From Octopus sinensis (taxonomy: Eukaryota), in assembly GCF_006345805.1 (NCBI RefSeq), contig NC_042997.1, positions 20,212,001-20,276,000 on the forward strand: a stretch of 64,000 nucleotides of DNA, in the 5' to 3' direction. Position 1 is the first letter of the stretch; each line of letters opens with the position of its first letter. The notes beneath the pieces were generated by a model. That model searched no databases, was not told the origin of the DNA, and worked only from the letters and a program-made list of their open reading frames with translations. Position numbers and translations under genes: made by a program. Positions 51,390-64,000 of the stretch are shown here, in pieces.

Positions 51390-53235
51390 TTTGCTATGGA
51401 AGTTGTTGAAGGTATTTTTGCTGCAAGTGTATGATCACTTGCTTCAGAATGAGATTGCTACCTGACCAGCAGAAGGTATGTTGTGAAAATTCTTAGGGAA
51501 ATAAGGATCATCTTGCTACTGACAAGGTGATCATGAATGATTGCAAAATATGTCTAAATAATTTATGCACTGCTTAGATATCCTTTAAGAAAGCCTTTGA
51601 CATGATCCCAAGATTGTCTGGAATAGCAGACTGTGTTATTAAAGCAATGTAGCCTAGCATGCCTTTGTAAAAGAGAAACAAGTATGCAGGTAATAAACAC
51701 TTAAATGTGGTCAGTATACTTGTATGAGAAGGAATATTCCAAAGAGATTTATTCTTACCATTGCTCTTTGTGATGGTCATGGTTACATTATCAATGATCT
51801 TATGGAAGACAGATATTAGCTATCAGATAGAAAACAGAGAACCTAAGATCAGTCATCTGCTCTTCATGGGTGATCTCAAGCTTTTTGACAAGAATGAATC
51901 ATAAGGTTAATTCAACGGTCAGAACTTTTAACTGATGCTGTAAAGATATTGGGATGGAGTTTGATATTGTAAAGTGTGCCAACTTGGCTATGGAGAGAGG
52001 TAAGTTTGTATGTAGTAGTGGGGTTAATTTGTCTGACGGAGAGTCAGTTAGTGACCCTTGGAATAGTGGGTACAAAAAGCTGGGAAAAGGTCTAAATGAG
52101 CAGATGAAAGGAAATGTGAAAGAAGTTTATCTAAACAGGTTAGAACTGCTACTAAAAATGAAAGTGAATGGGAAGATTTTGATTACTGTTTTCAAAGTCT
52201 GGGCTATTCAGTTATTAGATATAGCGTAGGTATTCTGAAATGGACCAAAGACGAAATAGAGACATTGGACAGGTTAACACGAAAGACAATGGTTGACAGT
52301 GATGCATTGCTCCTAAAGTGTGAAAATTTTTGTGGCTTGTGAATGCAGGTCTTTAGAATTGTATTTAGCACTTTTAAGGTATGTTGCCAAAAGCAGAGAT
52401 CCTACACTGAAACTATTGAAAGTAAAAAAAATATAAATAGAGGCTGCTAGCAGGAAAACTGAGCATGAGGGAGGGTATGGAATTACACTGTCAATTTGAA
52501 GTGAAGAAACAGAGAGGTTGACAAAAGATGATCTTAACAGAGAGACAGAACATTTGTTGGTGACTGCTAGGGATCAAGCACTAAATACAAACTCAATAAG
52601 GAATATGTATAACCTAGGTGAAACAAATAAATGAAAGTTATGTGGGAAGATGGTGGAAATTGTGATACACATCAAGAGTGCCTGTGACATGCTTGCTCAA
52701 AGAGAATGTAAAGGTGTCATGATAACGTGTTCTTACACCTCTACAAGTTTTTATACAATACATATGAGTTTCCAGCCACTGAGAAATAGTATCAGCACAA
52801 ATCAGAGAAGATCTTAGAAAAATTAGACTATGAATCTCTTGCGGGACTTTACAATCCAGACAGATAAATTCTTGAACATACAAGGCCAGACATAACTTTG
52901 GTGAAGAAAGATTCTGTAAGAAGGCGTTTGTTGATTGATGTAGTTTGTCCAAATCATTACATCAATGGTAAAGAAAATAAGAAAATCATAAAATATGCAG
53001 ACTTGAGAGTAAAGGCTGAGACAATGTGGAATATGAAAGCAAGAATGGTACCAATTACAACTGGAGGACTTGGGCAAGTGAGGAAAAAACTTTTAGAAAC
53101 ACCTTAACATAACTGGAATCTGTTCCAGCATTATGACATTGTAAAAGACAACACTTTAGGGAGCAGCAAAAGGAGCCATTTAAATGATCCAGTGTTAACA
53201 AACATATCACTGTGCAAAAAGGAATAACAACAACA
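51390..53235 (+). pseudogene. Degenerate R4/Dong-like non-LTR retrotransposon (RT, CCHC, restriction-like endonuclease)
   Basis: GIFQRDLFLPLLFV, ISHLLFMGDLKLF, MEFDIVKCA, CGKMVEIVIHIKSAC, RPDITLVKKD...LIDVVCP...KENKKIIKYADL...VPITTGGLG; (CAA)n tail at ~53225. Confidence 0.9.
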
Positions 53236-53247
53236 ACAACAATAGTA

Positions 53248-53618
53248 ATAGAAGCAAACAAGAAGAGTGCCATTGTTATCAAGTGAATGATATTTTGACA
53301 GCTCATGTGTCTTCCACAGGTTCAAAGAATAAACTTGTCGATCTACTTCATTTTTGGCAATATTTATAGGATTGAGGTAACTCCTTCAGAAGATATAGAA
53401 GCAAAAAAAAGAAGAAGAGCGTCATTGTTATCAAGTGAATGATATTTCGACATCTCATGTGTCTCAATCCCACAAATATTACCAAAAATGAAGTAGATTG
53501 ACAAGTTTATTTTTTGAACTTGTGGAAGACACACAAGAGGTCGAAATATCGTTTAACTTGATAACAATGGCACTCTTCTTTTTTGCTTCTATATCTTCTG
53601 GAGGAGTTACCTCAATCC
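53248..53618. repeat. 148-bp unit present as ~1.45 forward copies and ~1.05 inverted copies (fold-back)
   Basis: Direct alignment; inversion point at ~53463. Confidence 0.85.
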
Positions 53619-53634
53619 TAATAATAATAATAAC

Positions 53635-53665
<31 letters not shown>

Positions 53666-55603
53666 TTAATGATGATAATAACGGTTTCTGATTTAGGCAC
53701 AAGGCCAGTAATTTGAGGGAAGAAGATAAATTGTTACCATCAACCACAGTATTTTATTTCATCTTATCAACTCTGGAGGAATGAGAGCCAAAACTGAAAT
53801 TGGCAAGATTTGAACCCAGTATGTAATGCTTTGGAGGAAGCAATACATGGTATTTTGTCAAACGTTCTACAAACTGTGCCAGCTTAATAGCTGGTGATAA
53901 TGATAATAATAATTTGCATCTTTGTATTTGCTTTCTACTCATCTTTTTTAATATCTGGTCACTCATAGTACATTTGTTTTGTTTTAGAATAAAGAGCAAG
54001 TGATGCAGTAATTACACAATAATAAAAGATAATTTATTCATAATATGAAAATTTAAAAAAAAACAAGGGTTAAATTATTATCTTTCATAGCAAGTCTATT
54101 CATTTATTGTTTTCAGAAGACATGACATTATTTATTACTATTAAAATGGACAACTTAACTAAATTTTAGAATTAATATAGATGTTTCATTTTTGTTACAA
54201 AAAAAATACTCTCTTGATATTTTCTAAATGTTATACTTTAAAAAAAATAGGTTTCCTAAAAGTAAAGAACTGTAGATATTTAAACATTACCTACAATGTC
54301 TTTGGTAGAATGATATTTTTCATTATCAATTTCATCTTTAGGGAAATGTAAATTGAATGGCAGGCTTAAAGGGAAGCACTAAGTCGATAATGTACATGAA
54401 TCATCCTAAAATATTCTCCAGTGATCTTTGTAAAGAAAACTGTAACTGTATTTGGCTGAGATAATGGCGCCAGCATATAAAAATTGGTATAAAGAAGCTA
54501 CTTTGTTTCAGGTAAATATATACACAAAAAGAAATAGCATTAATAAGAACCATATAGCAACAATGTATATTATAAAGCTACTCTCTGAGGAATGATGGAA
54601 AAAATAAATTACTAAACGTTCTCAAGTGGCTACTGTCTCTCTTACATTTTTCATTGAATACATTCTTATTAAGAAATCAATTTGGCAAGATCCTATAATT
54701 CTTTTATGAATTTCTTCTACTAAGAATATTCAATCATTTTGAAGAGACAATAGAATAAAATGAAATAAATTTTTTATTTGATTTATATTTTTATTTTGAA
54801 TCTGAAATATAATGTTAAAAATATTACACAATTTTGCTGATGCTTTCCAGGGGTCCTTTATGATCATCAAATGTTATCTCAAATTTCTAAGAAGGTGGTC
54901 AATTGAATATTTCAAAAAATATTTCAATCAAACTTTACAGGGTTGACAAATTGGAATAATGGCTCAATTGACCACTCGGTACCTTTGAGAATTATGTTTC
55001 AAAATTTTATTTCATATTGTTAGTTATCCATTTTGACTCACAAATGCACAAATAATCTTAAATTCTCTATAGCTATAATGTCTTTTTTTATTAATGTTTC
55101 TTAGACGTGTGTGTGTGTGTATGTACTCGTGTGTGTATGCTTGCTTCATTTTGTAAACTTTTTGTTTTTTCTTCCTTAGCTTCAGAATACAGAATTTATC
55201 ATTACTAATTTAGGCCGTACGTGTTGACAAAATTGTTGCATGTCTTTAGATACTTTGTTCAAATTCTGCTCTCTTGATGTTGCCATTTAACCTGTGTGCT
55301 GATGAAATTTGTAGCATGAGTTAGGTACTGAGCTTGACTGAAGCACTGATACTTCTTCCAATTATGCATAGCCTTGTAAAATAGAGGACACGATGCAGAA
55401 TACCCTTTTTGTCATAGTAGAATAGTCCAAACACATAATTTGGACTAGTCTACTGAATTTTAAGTAGAATTTCATGGAACTGGATTCCACTTGTTTGGAT
55501 GATTTGAGAAATAACACAAAGAACGCCCAAGAATACATAAAAAAGTAGAGAAATATGTGATATAACCATGCAAAAATAACAGATGGATCTGATTTTCCTT
55601 CAG

Positions 55604-55675
55604 CTACTGCTGTAAGGTATAGGAGAATACGGTCTCAAAATAACAATGGTATTGTTGTGGATTGGTACTACAGGA
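55604..55675 (+). CDS. Putative exon (ATAVRYRRIRSQNNNGIVVDWYYR)
   Basis: Acceptor gattttccttcag|, donor AGGA|gtaagt, open phase 1-1. Confidence 0.25.
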
Positions 55676-55994
55676 GTAAGTCTAGCAAAATTGAATAAAG
55701 GAAATGGGTGTTTAAAATATGAAGCATGATGCATGATGCAATCCTACTGGATCTGACAAACCATCCAGGCAATGCCAGTATGGAAGACAGACATTAAAAA
55801 CTGATATTTATAATGAAGATATGAAATTACTTTTGGGTGTCTTCATGTTTTTCCTTTGGTGATTTAAAGTACATTTTCTTGATGATGTTGTGTATTCCAG
55901 CACTGTTTTTTTGTTGGTATTCCAACAGAATATTTTTCAAATTCTCATTTCTGAGAGAATCACCCAAGTTTTTTAAAGTGTCTAATCTCATATA

Positions 55995-56210
55995 CGAGGG
56001 GGTGGCTGAAAGTCCCTGGCTTTAAGGGTATCAACAAAGGCCTGGTTGGAGGCCCAACCTTCTGAGTTCTTTTACTGTGCTTAGAAAAACTGAAGGCCTG
56101 CTGCAATAAATGTGTGACTCTGAGAGGGGAACATGTTGAATAAAATCATAATTAACTGATATCCCTGTATTTTCTTTTACCCAGAGTCAGTGACTTTTCA
56201 GCACCCCTCA
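55995..56210. mobile_element. Tc1/mariner-type MITE
   Basis: TA|CGAGGGGG...CCCCTCA|TA termini with TA TSD. Confidence 0.85.
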
Positions 56211-56428
56211 TATCTTTGCTAGGGTCTGTGTATTGAGATTTTCTGTTTCTTAATAGTTTGTTCTGAAAATAAAGACTGAGATCACGTCCTTCAGATTCTT
56301 TCCTAGAGATTGATACTGCTGGTGTTCCTCCTTAACAGCAAAAGGAAAAATATGGAGATAAAAGGTATTCTGGAAAGATGATGTTCTCAGAAGGATTGGG
56401 AAGTAGTGTGTGTGTGTGGCCTGGGATA

Positions 56429-56774
56429 GTTGGAGTCGGAGACCCCCTTTGGTCATGACTGACCATGGGATTGCACCTAGAAAGCTAACCTCTTAGGCAC
56501 AAGTTCAGGCAAGGTTGTTTATGGAAGACCAGCAGTCACCCATGAAATACCAGTCTCTCCTCTCCATGTCACCGATGTTACCCAAGGGAAAAGCGAAGGC
56601 CAATACAGCTTTGCATCAGTGATGTTGCAACTCATTTTTACAACAGAATGAACTAGAACAACGTGAAATAAAGTGTTTCGCTCAAGAACACAACACACAG
56701 CCCAGTCCGGGATTCGAACTCACAACCTCATGATCATAAGAGTGACACTCTAACCACTGAGCCATGCACCTTCA
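56429..56774 (-). mobile_element. SINE family C copy
   Basis: Reverse complement of 29064-29402; 11-bp TSD GGCCTGGGATA (56418-56428 / 56775-56785). Confidence 0.9.
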
Positions 56775-57116
56775 GGCCTGGGATAACAAGGGGACAAAAT
56801 AGTGTACTGTTTTCTTTTCCATTTAGGCACCTCTTTTTCAGTTTCACAAAAATGAAGATAGGCCTCTCCTCTACTTTCATGATGAAGTAAGATGTGTTGT
56901 GACTCTGTTAATGTCAGATCTGGTTTTCATCAATACTGTCATAGCAGTTGAATAAACTGGATCATTTTAGAATATTTTTTACTCGGGTTTGCCGTTACAG
57001 AAAGAATTTTTCTGGGATTCTTATTTATTTGCATCTTAGATGGTTGCTTCCATTGATGTTTGGGTTGATTTTTCATTCTACCTATTCTGTTGTTGCTGTG
57101 TATGTGTGTGTGCGTG

Positions 57117-57147
<31 letters not shown>

Positions 57148-57307
57148 TCAGTGTATTGTTAAGTGCCTAAGTTTTCTAATTGCTGTTTTGTCTTCAAAAA
57201 TGTGGAAACGTCTGGGTATGGTTTCATTGTCATGCGATGACTGCTTGAGAGAATTCCACTAATCTAACAGATGAAACATAGTTCCTTACTTTGGCCTGGA
57301 ATGTTAA

Positions 57308-57528
57308 TCCTTTAGTATTCAGATTACACTGTTAAACGTAATATATTTTTTATTCAAATTGTTTTGAATTCATCAAGCATTATCTTATAGCTTTGAGGTT
57401 TCAATGATGTGATTGTTTATTTTTAGAATGTCATTGTAGGTTAGGTGTGAAAGGCTAGATATGGCCAGTTTGAATATAAAACATATAGAACATTTGGGCC
57501 AGATATGGCCGGTTTAAACACTAAAGGG
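57308..57528. mobile_element. piggyBac-type MITE (older)
   Basis: TTAA|TCCTTTAGT...ACTAAAGGG|TAAA termini. Confidence 0.65.
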
Positions 57529-57883
57529 TAAATTCAAGACTCTCGACAGCATATCCATATCAGGTGTCAGATGCCAAGACCATTAAATTATAAAAGACTA
57601 AGAGCAGTTACCAAAGATACTTACATCTTATGAAAAACAGATGGGGGGGGAGGTTAGTTTTTATATGGGACACATTCTATTCAGATAGATGGAATATTGT
57701 AGGAGACAGAGCATTGGGAGGTTGAAGGAAGAAAAAAAAGAGGAAGATCAAAATCTACATGACTAACAATAAGTACAGAGAAGATGGAGCCTAATTTGAA
57801 TACATGAATGTGGCTGAATACAAGGCTTCAGACAGAAGTAATTAACATAAATGGAAGCTCTTCATGTTGCATGGCGGCAGCCG

Positions 57884-57921
57884 TAGTAGTAGTAGTGGTG
57901 GTGGTGGTGATGGTGGTGGTG

Positions 57922-57962
<41 letters not shown>

Positions 57963-57973
57963 GGTGGTGGTGT

Positions 57974-58010
<37 letters not shown>

Positions 58011-58021
58011 GGTGGTGGTGT

Positions 58022-58052
<31 letters not shown>

Positions 58053-58227
58053 GGTGTTAGTAGTAGTAGTAGTAGTGGTGGTGGTGGTGGTGGTGTTAGT
58101 AGTAGTAGTAATGGTGGTGGTGGTGGTGGTAGTAGTAGTAGTAGTGGTGGTGGTGGTGGTAGTAGCAGTAGTGGTGGTGGTGGTGGTGGTAGTAGTAGTA
58201 GTAGTGGTGGTGGTGGTGGTGGTGGTG

Positions 58228-58277
<50 letters not shown>

Positions 58278-58360
58278 GGTGGTGGTAGTAGTAGTAGTAG
58301 TGGTTGTGGTGGTAGTAGTAGTAGTAGTAATGGTGGTAGTAGTAGTAGTAGTAGTATAAG
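57884..58360. repeat. Patterned (GGT)n/(AGT)n compound microsatellite
   Basis: Direct read; source of the poly-V and Gly/Ser ORFs. Confidence 0.95.
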
Positions 58361-58384
58361 TGATGGTGGTGTGGTGGTTGTGTG

Positions 58385-58900
58385 AGTGGTAGAGTTTTAA
58401 TTTTGTGTGGCTGGATATTTACATGCTTGTTTCTGTGTTCTCCTGTCTGGTCAACATCTTTGTTGTTGTTTTTTTGTTTTTTTTATATACTTGTTTCCCC
58501 CCCCTTTTTTTTCCCCAATTTTTATAATTATTTGTTTTTGTTTTTTTGTGATCTATTCTGTTGTACTACTTTTATTGTATTTTCAGGGTTCATTTGGTAT
58601 AAGTATTGTTATTGACCATTTCTGTTGTCTCATGAGAGCTCAACTGTTTTTTTTGTTTGGTGGGTTCTTTTGTGCTGTTTTCATTGATTGGTTGAAGTTC
58701 ACCGTTTTTCTGTTTAATTGGTTGTTTTGTTTATATTCATTATCTATTCTTTTTATGAGTTGTTCTATTTATGTTATCTTATTTATTGTTTATTAGAAAT
58801 CTTTACCCATTTTTCTAATGTATTTGGGTTTAGCCATATTACATCTTCATGCTATTTTCCATTTTCCATTCTAGATCTCACATATACTTTTCATAGTCGC
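58385..58900 (-). pseudogene. Very degenerate Penelope-like linker remnant
   Basis: DVIWLNP then, frameshifted, MGKDF...LNRKTVNF resemble IIWFNPP..IGK.FL..FNRNTVK. Confidence 0.35.
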
Positions 58901-58931
58901 TGTATCTTTTGGTTATAATATAACTCTGTAA

Positions 58932-59126
58932 CATCATCATCATCGTTTAACGTCCGCTTTCCATGCTAGCATGGGTTGGACGATTTCAATGAGGAGTGGC
59001 AAACCAGATGGCTGCACCAGGCTCCAATCTGATCCTGGTGCAGCCATCTGGTTCGCCAGTCCTCATTTAAATCGTCCAACCCATGCTAGAGCATGGAAAG
59101 CAGACGTTATACGATGATGATGATGA
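58932..59126. repeat. Fold-back of two head-to-head RTE 3' tails
   Basis: Arms 58932-59021 and 59034-59126 are reverse complements; 12-nt loop. Confidence 0.9.
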
Positions 59127-59599
59127 TATATATTGTAATATTTCTAAATACTGTTCTTTAGTTTATTGACGTTTAATGATTTTACCATTTTTGTCTTCTT
59201 TCCAGTTACTCTCACCCAGCTTCTCATAATGTGGGGGTAACTGTATGGTTCATCCATAGCAAAATATGTTTTTTCCTGTCATAATTTTAGCCTCTTAATG
59301 TCTGGTATAAAGCCATTTTCCCCTTCTCAAATACAACCCCCATTTATTTGAGAATGTTTTTCCCTGTTCCTTTCCATCTTGACAATTAATTGGTGACCTC
59401 ATTAGTGCTAGTGGCATGTGCAAAAGCTTCTTGTACACACTGTAAAGTGGCTGGTGTTAGGAAAGGCATCCAATCACAGAAACCATGCCAAAAGCTGACA
59501 GTGTAGCTCAGGGCAGCTCAGCAACTCATCAAATTCTGTCAAAGTGTCCGACCCATACCTGCATGGAAAACAGGCATTAAATGTTGATGAGAAGGAGGA

Positions 59600-59795
59600 A
59601 GTGCGGAGGACAATGACGATGACAACGATGGCAATGGTGACAGTGATGATGATGGGGACAACAATAACAATGATGATGATGGTGATGATGATGATGAAGA
59701 GGAGGAGGAGGAGGAGAGGGAGGATGGGAGGAGGAGCAGGAGGTGGAGGAGGAGGCAGTGGCAGAGGAGGAGGAGGAGGACAACAATGATGATGG
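59600..59795. repeat. (GAT)n/(GGA)n compound microsatellite (also (CTA)n 61780-61860 and (GAT)n 62455-62580)
   Basis: Direct read. Confidence 0.9.
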
Positions 59796-60629
59796 AAATG
59801 ACTAAGTGATTTTTTGGGAGGTTTAACTATTTGAGAGAATATCAACTTTTGATGCTCAGGTTACATGTATTTTATAACTTTGATCAAATTTAACTCACAT
59901 CTGGAATTCTTCATAAATCATGGACCAGAGAGTGTTATTTTCATTGCTTGTTTGTATCGCAAGCCATGTCTGCTATGTTATATAGCATTGGATTTGTATA
60001 AAGTTTGTTCACTTTGCTTTTATTTATGTCCTATTCTTACCTGCTTATTATAATCCCCCTGTTGTTATTTGTTATCGCACACAGTATATTTTAGGCATAA
60101 TCAAAGTAAAAAAGGTAAAATAAATATTAATTATCCTACCTGAGTGTCTGCATTGCATCAATATCTACCTGATTTTTTTCAAACAAAAATTTGCTCACCA
60201 GTTTGAAAATAACAAGGAATTTGTTTTTAGCTTTCCTTTACAAAGTATCGGTTTATCATCTGTATTATCCTTCCTATGTTACTAACAGAACCAATCAATA
60301 GGCTATGCTTCTCTTTCACAAATTTGTTAACTTAATACGATGTAAAATATCCCCTCCTCCTCCCTTTTCTCTCCTCTTCCTCCTCTACTCTCCCTCCTAT
60401 TTCTCTCTCCTTTGTCACTGTCATTGTTAACATCAACGTCGTGATCATCATCACCATAATTAATATTATTGCAATGGGTTGGTAGATTCATTAGAGTGTG
60501 TTGTACTTAGCAGCATTTCTTCCATTGCTTTGCATTCTGAGTTCAAATTCCTTTCATCCTTTTGGGGTTGATGCAATTGACATAACCCCTCACCAATAAA
60601 CTGATAGCCTTGAGCCAAAAACCATTAAC

Positions 60630-61210
60630 CATATTGTTATTATCATTATTATTATCATTATTCTTATTATTGAGTGAGAGAGCAGTGCATGCTATCAAAG
60701 TGACACTGGTGTAAAATATACGAAGTCCAGTATACCCATCATGACTACCCATCTGATAAGGGTACACCAGGCACATGCATCACAACCATATGTGCTCGAC
60801 ATGGTGATCTCATATCAAGATAAACAGCGCATAACCTTTCAGGTGGACCCCAGTTAGAATTTTCTTTAGGTCAAGTAGCCCATCCCACTCAAAAGGTCCC
60901 TGAATAGGAGTTGTTTGAATGAAACACCTATGTTTCAAAAGGTGAATTATCCAAACCCCAAAGAATCCCTCTCGGTACATGGCTATGATGCCCCCCAAGT
61001 ACTTCTGCTCATGATCAGAGATGCACATATCGTCAGCCACTAAGGGACATGCTCAACTGGTTAAGGTCAAACAACTGAGAAGCAAATTTGTGGTATTAAG
61101 CAGAATATTTGCTGTAGCCCATCTTTTATACCAAGACAAAACAATGTACATGATAACACTTCGAATCAGTTAAGATCAGAAGCCATGAGAGCCTCTGCCT
61201 GGTACTGCTT
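60630..61210 (-). mobile_element. Retroposon 3' region with (AAT)n tail, family unassigned
   Basis: GC-richer block ending in TAA repeats on the minus strand; partial second copy at 22705-22885. Confidence 0.6.
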
Positions 61211-61779
61211 CTATTATTATTATCATTATTATTATGATTTTTACCCCAATGCCCCAAAATTTCAGGCTTTGTGACTTTAGTAGAAAAGATTATTATTATT
61301 ATTATCATTATTATTCAGGAATGCAGTCAAGCACTTTATTCTCGAGTCAAGCCCTTACTGATATTTCTAAGTTCCACTCGAAAAGGAAGATGAGAGTGAA
61401 GAGGGAAGTCCCTCCCTCCTTCTCAATAAATGTATTGAAAGGTTGATGAATGTGTTAGGGATGGCTTGAGTGAGTGATCCTACTTTGAGCTTACACCTGC
61501 AAACTGGAGGAAACAAATCGCAGAAGTTTGCCTCCATGAAGACCCTTCTACAATCAAGAGAACCTAAGGTTGGTGGGGTCCCTCGGTTTCCCCTGGGCAG
61601 TACTTTCCTGACTGGGAAATTTTGCAGTTATCGATTTTCATGTTAATTGTTAATGCTTCCTTATTATATGTATGAAAATCCCATTTCTCCTTTGTATTTG
61701 CATTGTCCTAAATACTTTTTTTTAGCCCTTGTGGCCAATAATGAAAGTACTATTATTGTTATGGCCTTGTGCCAAAGTT

Positions 61780-61817
<38 letters not shown>

Positions 61818-62519
61818 GTACTACTACTACTTTCACTACTACTGCCACTACTACTACTGCTACTTGTAGTAAGAATGTTATATTTATCATGGAAACTACT
61901 ATCACAGACGTAACATACAGATACACTAAATGTACACACAGACACACACAGACACACACACAGACACACATTACAGAGATGTGCACATGCCCATTTATAC
62001 AAATACAATCACAATTGAATGGTATATGGTGGAATAACTGATACATTGCCAACAATGATAAAACCGCAAACCTTAATTCTATCTGCTGCTTTTATTCGTA
62101 TTGTTTTGATACATTTTTTTTTTTGTGTGTGTAACCAAATAAAAATAATACATCTTATCTGTAGAATCATGTAATTAAAGGATATCTCCATTTGATTTAC
62201 CACTTTACATGAGTAATTCAAGCCCCTATAGAGAAATGGACAAAAAAACAAAAATGTTGCTAATTGTGATTATTTTAGAGTGGAGTGGTTGTAGCAGCAG
62301 AGTTAGTGGAAGTCGTTGGTGCAAAAGTAGTTGCTGCTTTATAGTGTTGTATAAATGACATTGTAATGTTCATTCAGCTGGTTCAGATAATGATGTAGCC
62401 TGATTGTTTTGTTAGTTATACAGAAGAGGTTTAGTGTTTCTGGTGATTGCATTGAAGATGATGATGGTGATGATGATGAGGATGATGGTGGTGGTGGTGG
62501 TGACGTCGACAACAACAAC

Positions 62520-62564
<45 letters not shown>

Positions 62565-62734
62565 AATGATGATGATGACGAAGCATATCATATTTAGCTG
62601 GTTGATATAGGGACGTCGTTAGAGAAGACGTAATTAGTGTTGCTGACAAAGATGTTCAGTAATCCTTTCTCTTTTTTTTTAAATTTTTGAGTAACATCAC
62701 TTAACATTTTTTTTTTTAGTCTCATTATGTGATT

Positions 62735-62940
62735 GTATGGCATGGAAAAGAGCATTGTGTTAGTGAAGCTGAGGTTCAAGAAAAAGGATGGTGGCATGAA
62801 GTGGATAGATGATGTAAGGGATGTGATGTGAGTGTAATGGCATCTCTGAATTGACTCCAGATACCTATGAAGAGCAGACAAAATTTGAAGATGGCATATC
62901 TATGAGATCATCAGATGTTGAGCATGACTTGAGAATTCAT
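62735..62940 (+). pseudogene. Old RTE LINE C-terminal fragment
   Basis: GMEKSIVLVKLRFKKKDGGMKWIDDVRD resembles RTE 'LEK.ImlGkv.GkR.rGRp..rW.D.v'. Confidence 0.5.
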
Positions 62941-63065
62941 AAATTGAAAGAGAATCAACCCAGCCTGCCGTTATTTTGGTAAAAGGATATTTGTGGGTAT
63001 TGTTGGGAACAATCTAAAAAGGGTATTGTATAATTCTCACTAGTCTAGGACCATATAGACCATAA

Positions 63066-63294
63066 GGCGGCGAGCTGGCAGAATCGTTAGCACGCTGGGC
63101 AAAATGCTTAGTGGTATTTCGTCTGCCGCTACGTTCTGAGTTCAAATTCCGCCGAAGTCGACTTTGCCTTTCATCCTTTCGGGGTCGATTAAATAATTAC
63201 CAGTTATGCACTGGGGTCGATAAAATCGACTTAATCCATTTGTCTGTCCTTGTTTGTCCTCTCTGTGTTTAGCCCTTTGTGGGTAGTAAAGAAA
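63066..63294 (+). mobile_element. Young SINE family B copy
   Basis: 16-bp direct repeat TAGTCTAGGACCATAT at 63041-63056 and 63295-63310. Confidence 0.9.
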
Positions 63295-64000
63295 TAGTCT
63301 AGGACCATATCATGTGGTCTGCTTTTCTGTATTTGGTTGAAAAGGGTTTTGCATGGCATTGAACACATATTGCATCCAAGTTGCTGCACAATCTATTTTT
63401 ATGAGCCTCTGAAATTCTGTTGCCTCATGCAGAAAATCATCTTGCTTGAAGCATGGTAGATTTAAGTATTAGAGAGTCTATCATAGTAAGTTGACTGACT
63501 GGGGGACGGGAAAGGAAATTGAATGCAGGTTTATTTATTACCCTGATGATTTTATGCTATGCATTGACTTGCTTAAGACATGACAATATCGCTAGAAATT
63601 TCAAAGTGGTTGTAGAGCACTTGGAGAAATATTCTATTACTAAAGAAACATCCAGTCTTTAATTCTTGTATATGTTTGACATTATCCATTCAGCTTGCAT
63701 GAAAAATGTTATTTATTTGGTTTACTGACAAAGACAAATCCATTCTTATTGTTGATTTTAAGGTCATAGCATGTGAGGTTGCTAATTTTCCTCATCATCG
63801 TCATTATCATTCTCATTTAACATCTGCCTTCCATGCTGGCATCAGTTAGATGGTTTGACAGGATCTGATAGGCTAGAGGACTGTGATGAACTCCAATATC
63901 TGCTTTGGCATGGTTTCTACAGCTTGCACTAGTAAGGTGATGCTTGCACTAGTAAGGTGTTATGTCACAATACTATACAGTGGCTGTGTGAGCTTCGAAA

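Noticed and set aside
53380-53550. CTGAAGGA...GAGGTCGAAATATC as a long-loop hammerhead in the 148-bp unit
   Set aside because: Extra core nucleotide and no stem I pairing.
63922-63960. 20-bp tandem duplication GCTTGCACTAGTAAGGTG(A/T)T
   Set aside because: Two-copy local duplication at an RTE truncation point; no further structure.

Overview
AT-rich, repeat-dense metazoan genomic DNA with intron/intergenic character. The SINE, RTE-tail and microsatellite landscape points to a coleoid cephalopod, most likely Octopus (inferred from repeat sequence, not database-verified). None of the supplied ORFs is a recognisable intact host gene. The recognisable coding remnants are all transposable-element fragments: Gypsy integrase (22.9-23.5 kb), RTE RT C-terminus (19.3-19.8 kb), CR1-like C-terminus (31.5-32.1 kb), R4/Dong-like RT plus CCHC plus RLE (51.4-53.2 kb) and a Penelope-like (PLE) RT thumb (41.5-42.3 kb). 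Several tRNA-derived SINE families, mariner and piggyBac-type MITEs and Helitron-like elements are also present. A few splice-flanked open exon candidates exist but could not be joined into a gene. The main signal is RNA-structural: at least three sequence-distinct families of type I hammerhead ribozyme (HHR) motifs, five of them within 38.8-42.8 kb. They include a ~320-bp palindrome carrying two outward-facing hammerheads with long stem-II loops, a fully canonical HHR inside an inverted PLE, and minimal HHRs with a CUGU(N)GA core variant. Several other long fold-back structures could form dsRNA. All folds were paired by eye and no cleavage activity is demonstrated.
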